Below are positions 31,959-40,381 of a stretch of DNA of 64,000 bases, one piece after another. The number at the start of each line of letters is the position of its first letter. Position 1 is the first letter of the stretch. A program made the position numbers and the translations under genes. The notes beneath the pieces were generated by a model. It was not told the DNA's origin, ran no database searches, and saw nothing but the letters and a program-made list of their open reading frames with translations. The stretch is from a virus. The stretch lies in the IMG/VR virus record IMGVR_UViG_3300044608_002890. One strand, 5' to 3'.

Positions 31959-34157
31959 ATGGAATTTAAGACTTTCATTACCGAAGGCAAGCGCGACACC
32001 GTAGTGTTCAGTCATGGTCGCATGAATCCCGTAACCGTAGGCCATCAGAAAATGGTCGAAGCCGGTCAGAAGCTAGCCCAAAGGCTCAATGCTGACTATG
32101 AACTCAGCATCACTCATAGTCACGATCCCAAGAAAAATCCCCTGAGTGTTGATCAAAAGCTCAAGCATGTCAAACGAGCCTTTCCCAAGGTCAAAGTAAC
32201 AGCTACCAGCAAAGAAACCCCTAGCTTCTTGCATCAGGCCAAGCGTCTGCATCAGCAAGGCTATCAGCATCTGGTCATGGTGGCTGGTTCGGATCGGGTA
32301 CAGGAATATCACGACACTCTGCACAAGTACAATGGACATCCAGACTTTTATAATTTCAAAAGCATCCGTGTGCCCAATGCCAAGGAAATGCACAAGCTGG
32401 CTGGAGTAAGTCTAGAGAGAGATCCTGACAGCGAAGGTGCCGAAGGCATGAGTGCCAGCAAGATGCGAGCTCATGCTGCCAACAATGACTATGCAGAATT
32501 CCGCAAAGGCGTACCTGCGCATTTCAGCGATGCTCAGGCTCGTGAGCTGTACAACGATGTGCGTCAAGGCCAAGTCCGAAAAGAAAGTCGTGATCTCCGT
32601 CAGATCTATGTCAACGGAGAAATATATAATCTAGGCGACCGAGTCAATTGCGGTAAGCAGCTTGCAGAGATAGTATACAGGGGTTCGACCTATGTAACTT
32701 TGCAGCTAGAAGACCACACCACGGAGAAATATTGGATAGCCGATCTCGAAGAACGATCGGGACAATACTATACCAAAACCGGAAGGTTAAAGCAAAACCC
32801 AACAAATCCTAGTGGGCTGTCTAAGAAATATTCGGGCGAACTATCTCATGCTACGCAGTTAGCTCGTCGCCAACATTTCAAGAAACATGGTGCCAAGGCC
32901 AGCTCTGATGCCAGCGCCTATGTACCTGCGCCTGGCGACACTGAAGCCACCACTAAACTCAGCAAATACACCAAACGCTATCACGAACGATATCGTGTTC
33001 GTGAACAACATCTGCCCTGGATACTCATGTCAGCCGAACAGCGCATGATCATCAAGGAATCCGAACAGCAATTAAGTTTCAATGGCTATACAACGGTCAA
33101 CCTAGATCTTTGTCCAGGTGCAGTGATCACCCTCAAACAGGTCATAGACAATCCTGCTCTGAATCCCGAATTTGTCATCAAAGCCATACAGGCTACGGAT
33201 GCCATGCTGGGTGTAGAACGCGAAGCCATGAATCAGGGTTTTGCCACCACAGAACTCATACATGATTTTACCATGTACATGGGCATAGCTCATGATACCC
33301 TGCACTTGTTGGGTTTGACCGATGCCGACTTTGCCACCAAATACGGCAAGAATTGGTTTGAAACGCACATGCGTAAAATGTCAGAGCTGGGCATGCACAA
33401 CGATGGCATCATGATGCAGCAATATGGAACGCATCTGCCCGTAGAGCAAGGAGAGGTTGAAGAAAGCATGAAACCCATAAAAAGCACTCACGCCGTGCAG
33501 AGCATTCTTTTGCACCGAACCGATGGCAAAACTATCAAACGCCATAACTTAGTCAAGAAACTAGACTTCAAAGACGATACGGAAAACAGCAAAATGGATA
33601 CAGAAATCAAAGAAGCTGCTGATGCCGCTCTTAGCAAAAAAGCATCTGAGAGTGGTGTTAGCCTGGGTACCTTGCGTCAGGTCTACAAGCGTGGCGTAGC
33701 GGCCTGGCGCACTGGCCACAGACCCGGAACTACTCCGCAGCAATGGGGCATGGCCAGAGTCAACAGCTACATCACCAAAGGCAAAACCTATCACACTGCA
33801 GACAAAGACCTGCGTGAAGCCGAAGAAGCCCAGAATTTGCCTGACAATCAAAACATTAAAAAAATGGGTCCCTACAAGCACATGGGCGATCCACAGCGCG
33901 ATGAACGCGATATTAATTTTAACGATGGCAAAGACGTTTTTCATGGCATAGACAAAGCCGTGACCGACGAAGTTGGTTTCGATGGCAAGCCCGTAGGATT
34001 TGTTAGCTTCAAGAGTTTCATGCACGAGCCTGAAAACATCAAAACAACTGCTCAACACGATGCTGCACGAGCCAGCATTCATGCAGCTCAGGTTACTGAT
34101 TTCGCCCAGCACGGTCCAGCCTATAGAGCCCAAGTCAAAGCACGTAAAATGGAGTAG
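31959..34157 (+). CDS. cytidylyltransferase-like (HxGH) nucleotidyltransferase with modular C-terminal domains
   Basis: GRMNPVTVGHQK, VAGSDRV, MSASKMR; C-terminal KYTKRY and GVAAWRTGHRPG modules. Confidence 0.85.
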   Translation: MEFKTFITEGKRDTVVFSHGRMNPVTVGHQKMVEAGQKLAQRLNADYELSITHSHDPKKNPLSVDQKLKHVKRAFPKVKVTATSKETPSFLHQAKRLHQQGYQHLVMVAGSDRVQEYHDTLHKYNGHPDFYNFKSIRVPNAKEMHKLAGVSLERDPDSEGAEGMSASKMRAHAANNDYAEFRKGVPAHFSDAQARELYNDVRQGQVRKESRDLRQIYVNGEIYNLGDRVNCGKQLAEIVYRGSTYVTLQLEDHTTEKYWIADLEERSGQYYTKTGRLKQNPTNPSGLSKKYSGELSHATQLARRQHFKKHGAKASSDASAYVPAPGDTEATTKLSKYTKRYHERYRVREQHLPWILMSAEQRMIIKESEQQLSFNGYTTVNLDLCPGAVITLKQVIDNPALNPEFVIKAIQATDAMLGVEREAMNQGFATTELIHDFTMYMGIAHDTLHLLGLTDADFATKYGKNWFETHMRKMSELGMHNDGIMMQQYGTHLPVEQGEVEESMKPIKSTHAVQSILLHRTDGKTIKRHNLVKKLDFKDDTENSKMDTEIKEAADAALSKKASESGVSLGTLRQVYKRGVAAWRTGHRPGTTPQQWGMARVNSYITKGKTYHTADKDLREAEEAQNLPDNQNIKKMGPYKHMGDPQRDERDINFNDGKDVFHGIDKAVTDEVGFDGKPVGFVSFKSFMHEPENIKTTAQHDAARASIHAAQVTDFAQHGPAYRAQVKARKME

Positions 34158-34159
34158 TA

Positions 34160-34594
34160 ATGGAAGAATTAATTCAAGCATTAAGACAAACGTTGGCCAA
34201 TACCTTTGGCATGTATTTCCAGGCTCATAGCGGTCACTGGAATGTCGAAGGACCGGACTTTGCTGAGTATCATGATTTCTTGGGCGAGCTCTATGAAGAG
34301 TTGCACGGAGCCGTAGATCCCATAGCCGAGTACATCAGAATACTAGATGCCTATGCTCCAGGCGACATCAGCGAAATGATGATGTCCACCAGCATTAGTG
34401 CCATGGGCGTTAAAAGCAACCCCAGGGACATTGTTAGCAGCCTAGTGGACAGCAACAACATCTGTCTTTTGACTCTCATGACAGCCTTTAAAGCCAGTGA
34501 AGCTGCTGGAGAAGTTGGTTTGTCAGACTTTTTAACACAACGCATCAATGCACACCAGAAACATGCCTGGCAGATGCGTAGCATGCTAAAATGA
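34160..34594 (+). CDS. dps: Dps-family ferritin-like protein
   Basis: HSGHWNVEGPDFAEYHDFLGELYEE...DPIAEYIR...HQKHAWQMRS. Confidence 0.9.
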   Translation: MEELIQALRQTLANTFGMYFQAHSGHWNVEGPDFAEYHDFLGELYEELHGAVDPIAEYIRILDAYAPGDISEMMMSTSISAMGVKSNPRDIVSSLVDSNNICLLTLMTAFKASEAAGEVGLSDFLTQRINAHQKHAWQMRSMLK

Positions 34595-35079
34595 AAAGCT
34601 TCGTAGAAATCATTTGGGAATCAAAATCCCAAGATGACGTTATTTCGGACACCGATCTCGAACAAATGGCCGAGGCTTTAACCTGGGACGACATTGCGGA
34701 TCTTTACGATGCCGATGAACTCATCGAAGTCGACGAAGCCGAAGAAGACATCAATGAAGCTCTAAGTGCTCAGGCTCGTCTGCGTAAGCGCATGACCTTT
34801 GCCAGACACAAGGCCAAGCGGGTGCAATTGCGTGGCATCAAGCTTCGCAGAGCCAGTGACTTTGCCACTCTCAAGAAACGTGCCACCAATGCTGCACGCA
34901 GATCCATAACCAAAAGATTGCTCAGAGGTCGTGACAAAGCGTCTCTGAGTCCAGCGGAAAAAGATAGAATAGAGCAACAAGTACGTCGCATGAAGAACAT
35001 ACAGAACATTCTGGCTCAGCGAATGATTCCCAAGATTAAAAAGATTGAGCAGGGTCGTCTGTACAAGAAACGCAAATGA
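34591..35079 (+). CDS. putative internal head protein (acidic N-terminus, basic C-terminus)
   Basis: MKSFVEI; INE/ALSAQARLRKR. Confidence 0.75.
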   Translation: MKSFVEIIWESKSQDDVISDTDLEQMAEALTWDDIADLYDADELIEVDEAEEDINEALSAQARLRKRMTFARHKAKRVQLRGIKLRRASDFATLKKRATNAARRSITKRLLRGRDKASLSPAEKDRIEQQVRRMKNIQNILAQRMIPKIKKIEQGRLYKKRK

Positions 35080-35498
35080 AAAAATTCTTTGAACTAAGAA
35101 ACGAACTCTATGAATCTGCTTGCCCTGTGGCTACGCAGCATCTGGACACCAACGTTAAAAATCGCCAGCATGCCATTGATGAATATCTGTACGGCCCAGC
35201 CAACCCCAACGAGCCCGGTGATCATTGGAATAAAATAGCCAAGGTCTGGAGCATCAGTGTAGAAAATGCCAAGACCATGACCTGTGGCAACTGTGCGGCA
35301 TTTGATATTTCGGACAAGATGCGCAAGTGCATAGAAGTGGGCATGCAAGGTAAAGAAAAATCGGCCGATGCTCTGGCCACCGCAGAAAAAGCAGACCTGG
35401 GTTACTGCAACATCTTACATTTCAAATGTGCTGGTACCAGAACCTGTAAGCTATGGTTGACCGACGGTCCCATAGATAATAAAGACCGAACCATGTAA
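35076..35498 (+). CDS. Cys-containing putative internal protein
   Basis: MKKFFELR; CGNCAAF, GYCNILHFKCAGTRTC. Confidence 0.75.
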   Translation: MKKFFELRNELYESACPVATQHLDTNVKNRQHAIDEYLYGPANPNEPGDHWNKIAKVWSISVENAKTMTCGNCAAFDISDKMRKCIEVGMQGKEKSADALATAEKADLGYCNILHFKCAGTRTCKLWLTDGPIDNKDRTM

Positions 35499-36106
35499 TG
35501 TTCAGCATTGCCAGAATCGATTTTATAACCGATCCTGTAATTAACGTAGGCATAGATGATGTTTTTTACAAGGATCCGCAGGCCATGGACTTCTTTGATA
35601 AAGATGGCTATGAGCTCACTAGACTCGAACAGACCTATTATGCCTGCCAGGGACTAGAAGTAAGTCGTTATACTGCTGGTCATCCCGGAGTATTTCAGCC
35701 CTGGATTGCCGTTGATCATGAATATTTGAGCATAGATCATAGCTGTGCCATGTATCGCTGCAATTTTGAGGGTATGGCCCTGGCACAGATTCAACGACAG
35801 ACCAAGAAGTATCCCCGCGTAGGTTGGTTATTGACCTGCAAGAAGAAATGGGGGCTGGATTTAAACATAGATTATTGTGATGGCAACATAGCACTAGAAG
35901 TTATACATCTAGAATGGGATAGTCCTAGTCTAGAGTACATAGAACAAGAAAGAGTCAAAGCCGAAGAATTAGTTAAGAATACAGATTGGGTGGATGCTGC
36001 CAAGCGAGTTTGGTCACTACGAGATGAATGGCAAAACCTCAAAGGCTGGTATGCGCAGGCTCATTGGAAAGCAACCTATTTTGGATTAGAAAGGCCCTGG
36101 TATTAA
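35498..36106 (+). CDS. hypothetical protein
   Basis: 202-aa ORF, TAATG-coupled; FFDKDGYELT, KWGLDLNID. Confidence 0.75.
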   Translation: MFSIARIDFITDPVINVGIDDVFYKDPQAMDFFDKDGYELTRLEQTYYACQGLEVSRYTAGHPGVFQPWIAVDHEYLSIDHSCAMYRCNFEGMALAQIQRQTKKYPRVGWLLTCKKKWGLDLNIDYCDGNIALEVIHLEWDSPSLEYIEQERVKAEELVKNTDWVDAAKRVWSLRDEWQNLKGWYAQAHWKATYFGLERPWY

Positions 36107-38266
36107 ATGAAGACATTCAAAGATCTAAGAACTGTTCAAGAACAAGCATCACCCATGATCAAACCACCTACGAATGAGTTTGGTAAAAAAGAAGATGCCT
36201 TTGCCCATGCCAAGCAACATGGTGGTAAGGTGTTTAAAAAGACATTTACCCATCCTACTTCTGGTATGAAGAATGTTAGTTATGTTGTTAGAGAAGATGC
36301 CGAACAGATTGATGAGCTAAAAAGAACAACACTTGCCAATTATGTTAGCAAGGCAGCAGGTAGCTATGGTCGTGACAAACAGAACATAGGCAGAGAAAGC
36401 CCAGATGGTACCGTGGCCAAGGCTCGACCAGAACTCAAACGCGCAGTAAAGAATCGTCTAACTGGTATCAATCGTGCAGCCGAAAGACTGGCCAAAGAAG
36501 AAACCGAAATCGACGAAGCATCCAAGAAACCTAATGCCACTACTCGTCATCTAAGACAATATCCAGTTAGTGATAAGGACGTGGCTAAACCTGTTAAGCA
36601 GTCAGAGTATCAACATCATGTCGTATCAAAGTTAGATGGTAATGTTTTGGCCTCTTATAAATCACGGGAAGATGCGCATAAAAATGCTCATGGTAATCCA
36701 GTTGTTTCCGGTTCTCTAGAAACCATCGGTGATCGTAAATATGTTAGAGAGCAAAGTGAGTCTAAACCCGTAACATATTACTCATTAGTACATAAAGCAA
36801 CTAATAAAGTACTAAGCACACATAAAGATTTAGAATCTGCTAAAGACGAACATAGGGGCATGGATCAGGGTGAACGAGCACATTACAGAATTGCCACGAC
36901 AACAAAAGCGCCTAAGTCTTTTAGTATGAAAGAAGATGCCGAAGGTGTGGCGGAAGACATTTCCTCTACTAAAAAGAAAATATCAAAATACGAAGAACTT
37001 GCGTTGGCTGCGAATCGTGCTGGTGATGATGCAAAAAGCAAACAATATCAACAAAAGATTCAAGTACTTAAACAAAAAATGTCTCAAGGTGTGGCAGAAG
37101 AAAATATTCTTGAAGGTGCATACGAAAAATCTGAAGAAAATAAACGTTCTGCTGATGCTGCTAAGAAGCAAGGTGATATGTTCGCCCATCACCTACACAT
37201 GGCTGACCATCACGATAATTTAGCTCAATGGCATGCTGAGAGAGGTCGTCATAGCGTAGCAGATAGTCATGCAGCCAAGGCTGAAGAACATCAAGAAAAG
37301 GCTATGGAACATAAAAAGCAAGGTGTGGCGGAAGCTGCATTCAAAGATCCTAGTCCTATGATGAAAGACAGCATCAAGCAAGATAGAATTCGCAGTCTAA
37401 AAAATCTTATTGCTGTTGCCAAAGTAAAAGGCGTCCATCATAAAGTCAAAGAATATGAATTAGAATTGAAAAAATTGAAGGAAACGACGGAAGTGACAGA
37501 AGCCGGTGCATTTTCCTATGGAGCTAAACCACCACGTAAAGGTTCGGTTGCCTACAATGCTCTCATGAAACGCAAAGAGCAGGATAAAAATCGTGTCAAA
37601 GAAATCGAAGCCATTGGTACTAAAAATCATCATGTAGGTGTAGCCAAAGTCACAAAAGCTGTGGCGGAAGGCTATACCGGTCGTGAAACCAAAGACGGAA
37701 CCTGGCGTGTGTTCAAGGATGGGCAAGCGGTAGCAGTGGCGGGACCATTCAAGAGCAGAGATGAAGCACATGCCTGGATTAAAAAACACAAGCAAGGTGT
37801 CTCGGAAGCCAAAGATACTGAGATGTACAAGTACATAGATCAGTCTGGTGGTCATCAAATAAAAGGAAAATCAGGAACCTATGTAGGTTATACGCATTCT
37901 GCCACCAAAGGCAAGGGTGCCAACATTCTAAAGCATAACACGACAAAAAAGTATTATGCAGCAGGTGGTTCATCCACAGCATTTACTGCAAAAACTACTC
38001 TACACGATACACCCCAAGCAGCAGCCAGGGCATATCACAAAGGTAACCTAGCCGAACAAGACGAAAAAGAAGCACAAGAGTATGATTACGAAGGCGACAT
38101 GGCTAGATCCGATCTGCGCAGCATTATATTCAATGCACAAGAGGTGCATGACATGCTGGAGCCCAACACCAATTTACCTGAGTGGGTACAGGCCAAGATT
38201 ACCAAGGCCGAGGACTACATGAGTTCCGTAAGATCCTATATGAAGGCCGAAAATGAAGACCTTTAA
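36107..38266 (+). CDS. modular putative internal head polyprotein with repeated GV(A/S)E sites
   Basis: MKTFKDLR; GVAE/AVAE/GVSE x5; C-terminal EYDYEGDMA...LPEWVQAKI. Confidence 0.8.
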   Translation: MKTFKDLRTVQEQASPMIKPPTNEFGKKEDAFAHAKQHGGKVFKKTFTHPTSGMKNVSYVVREDAEQIDELKRTTLANYVSKAAGSYGRDKQNIGRESPDGTVAKARPELKRAVKNRLTGINRAAERLAKEETEIDEASKKPNATTRHLRQYPVSDKDVAKPVKQSEYQHHVVSKLDGNVLASYKSREDAHKNAHGNPVVSGSLETIGDRKYVREQSESKPVTYYSLVHKATNKVLSTHKDLESAKDEHRGMDQGERAHYRIATTTKAPKSFSMKEDAEGVAEDISSTKKKISKYEELALAANRAGDDAKSKQYQQKIQVLKQKMSQGVAEENILEGAYEKSEENKRSADAAKKQGDMFAHHLHMADHHDNLAQWHAERGRHSVADSHAAKAEEHQEKAMEHKKQGVAEAAFKDPSPMMKDSIKQDRIRSLKNLIAVAKVKGVHHKVKEYELELKKLKETTEVTEAGAFSYGAKPPRKGSVAYNALMKRKEQDKNRVKEIEAIGTKNHHVGVAKVTKAVAEGYTGRETKDGTWRVFKDGQAVAVAGPFKSRDEAHAWIKKHKQGVSEAKDTEMYKYIDQSGGHQIKGKSGTYVGYTHSATKGKGANILKHNTTKKYYAAGGSSTAFTAKTTLHDTPQAAARAYHKGNLAEQDEKEAQEYDYEGDMARSDLRSIIFNAQEVHDMLEPNTNLPEWVQAKITKAEDYMSSVRSYMKAENEDL

Positions 38267-38558
38267 AGAACTCAGGGAAGCCACCTACAAGGGCAAGACC
38301 GTGCCCTTGAACAAGCCCATGGCTGGTGATATTAAAAAACGCAAGGTCTATGTTGATCCAGATGGTGACGGCAAAGCCAAGAAAGTAGAATTTGGTGATA
38401 CTACGGGGCTGACCATCAAGACATCGGACCCCAATCGTCGCAGAAATTTCAGAGCGCGTCATAATTGTGACCAGAAGAAGGATAAAACAACAGCAGGATA
38501 TTGGTCCTGTAAAGCCTGGAGTGCACCTACAGTCAAACAGGGACTGGGCACTAAATGA
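38253..38558 (+). CDS. DUF6321-like protein
   Basis: MKTFKELRE; VEFGD...RRNFRARHNCD...AGYWSCKAW. Confidence 0.75.
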   Translation: MKTFKELREATYKGKTVPLNKPMAGDIKKRKVYVDPDGDGKAKKVEFGDTTGLTIKTSDPNRRRNFRARHNCDQKKDKTTAGYWSCKAWSAPTVKQGLGTK

Positions 38559-39295
38559 AAACTCTAGCAGAGCTACGGGAAAAATGGTCCAACAAATACA
38601 AACGCAGCATAGATTGCAACGACCCTAAGGGCTTCAGTCAACGTGCGCATTGTCAGGGTAAAAACAAAACCAATGAAGGTGTTAGTACTTCATATAATAA
38701 GCCCGATGAGCAAACTGGTGTAATGTCGTACCATGATCTAGAAGCTCATATCGGTAAACCAAAGGCTCTTTTGATTGCTAAGCACGAACAATTTCAAAAA
38801 CATATGTTTCCGCAAATGAGTTTAGGGGCTCAGGTAGGTTTTAAGTTTGAAAGACGTCATGGTTTTGAACATGTTTATGCTGTTCATGGTCCCAATAAGT
38901 ACGTTGACAAAGAAAAGCCTGGATACAGAACCATGCTTAGATTTCATTTAAGTGGTAGTGGTAAAAAGGTTACTCAGGTTGATCGTTCTGTTAATCACAA
39001 CAATGAACGACATCATGAAGGTAGTCTAGTTTGGGATCATCGTGAGACCTGGGAACATCCGGTAAACAAACGTGAGGATAAACAAATAGCTAAGAGAATG
39101 GCTGCATCTAAAGCTACTAATGAAAATTTTCAAGACGGACGTAATCCACAGGATCGGGGTGATAGTGCTAGACACGGCATACCCAAGGGAGCTACCATAG
39201 CTCTCCTAAAGAAAATTCGTAGCAGTCCCAATTCTAGTCCACGCAAGAAACAGCTTGCGCATTGGCAGATAAATATGCGAAAGGGTCGCACCTAA
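38555..39295 (+). CDS. modular putative internal protein
   Basis: MKTLAELRE; KWSNKYKRSIDC...FSQRAHC; NFQDGRNP module. Confidence 0.75.
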   Translation: MKTLAELREKWSNKYKRSIDCNDPKGFSQRAHCQGKNKTNEGVSTSYNKPDEQTGVMSYHDLEAHIGKPKALLIAKHEQFQKHMFPQMSLGAQVGFKFERRHGFEHVYAVHGPNKYVDKEKPGYRTMLRFHLSGSGKKVTQVDRSVNHNNERHHEGSLVWDHRETWEHPVNKREDKQIAKRMAASKATNENFQDGRNPQDRGDSARHGIPKGATIALLKKIRSSPNSSPRKKQLAHWQINMRKGRT

Positions 39296-39320
39296 ATTTT
39301 AATGACAAACTGAGAAAAGC

Positions 39321-39851
39321 ATGCCTAATCTTAAATTAAGTCAATTGCCTGTAGCCAACAATGCTGTAGCCGGTGATTATGTTTATCTTGTGCAAGGTGG
39401 TGTTAGCAAGAAACTAACTGCTTCGAATCTGTTAGTTGGTCTGAACATGAACATCATACCCAGCACCAATGATGTCTATAGCATGGGCAACAGCACCAAT
39501 AGATTCCGAGCCATCTATGTTGCTTCGGATGGAATCTTCCTGGGCAATACCAACCTCAGAGCCGATGCCAATGGCAGTGTAACTTTTTCCGGCAATCTAG
39601 CAGCCAATGCTTTTGTTTCATTGGGATCAGGCGTACCAACTTTGCGCAGCAATAGCAACATCAATCTTAGAGCAAATTCCAATGGCGGTGGTGGAGCGGT
39701 TGTCATCACCAACAGTCCTCTGAGATTTACTGGTTTCACCACAACACAAAGAAATTCGTTGATTGGCGTAGCCAATGGTGATGTAATCTATAACACTACC
39801 ACTAATAAACTTCAGGCCTATGTCAATAATAGCTGGACGGATTTACACTAA
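39321..39851 (+). CDS. tail-fibre-associated-like structural protein (paralog A)
   Basis: MPNLKLSQLP; C-terminal GDVIYNTTTNKLQAY...WTDLH. Confidence 0.75.
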   Translation: MPNLKLSQLPVANNAVAGDYVYLVQGGVSKKLTASNLLVGLNMNIIPSTNDVYSMGNSTNRFRAIYVASDGIFLGNTNLRADANGSVTFSGNLAANAFVSLGSGVPTLRSNSNINLRANSNGGGGAVVITNSPLRFTGFTTTQRNSLIGVANGDVIYNTTTNKLQAYVNNSWTDLH

Positions 39852-40381
39852 TGCCTGATAATTTAACCATTGATGCCTCATCAGCATCCGGAGCCGATAC
39901 TACCTATCTGGTAAAAGTCGATCCTGGATTGACCAGCAATCAGATCAGTATTGCCAATCTTCTGAACAGCACGAGTGGTAATGTCGGATTTACTACTAGC
40001 AATATCCATACTTTGGGTAATACAAATCGTAAATTTCGCGGCATTTATCTGTCTCAGGAAATCAACGCCAACTCTCTGGTGATTAATGAGACTGCTGGAA
40101 CCATCAACTTCAAGTCCAATGTATCAGCCAATGGTTTTGAAATTGTTAACAGCACAGCGGAACCTGCCCTAAAAAGCTTGTTTGATTTGCGCATATATGC
40201 CAATGCCAACAGCAGAGGTGGCGCGGTTGTGGTTACCAATAGCCCTCTGAGGCTTGCAAGTTTTACTACGACCGATCGCGACAATCACATTATTTCACCA
40301 GCCAACGGTGATGTAATTTTAAACATAACCACCAATAAAATACAGGTGTTTGCTGATAAAGTTTGGACGGATTTACACTAA
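39851..40381 (+). CDS. tail-fibre-associated-like structural protein (paralog B)
   Basis: Shares GGAVVVTNSPLR and GDVILNITTNKIQ...WTDLH with paralog A. Confidence 0.75.
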   Translation: MPDNLTIDASSASGADTTYLVKVDPGLTSNQISIANLLNSTSGNVGFTTSNIHTLGNTNRKFRGIYLSQEINANSLVINETAGTINFKSNVSANGFEIVNSTAEPALKSLFDLRIYANANSRGGAVVVTNSPLRLASFTTTDRDNHIISPANGDVILNITTNKIQVFADKVWTDLH

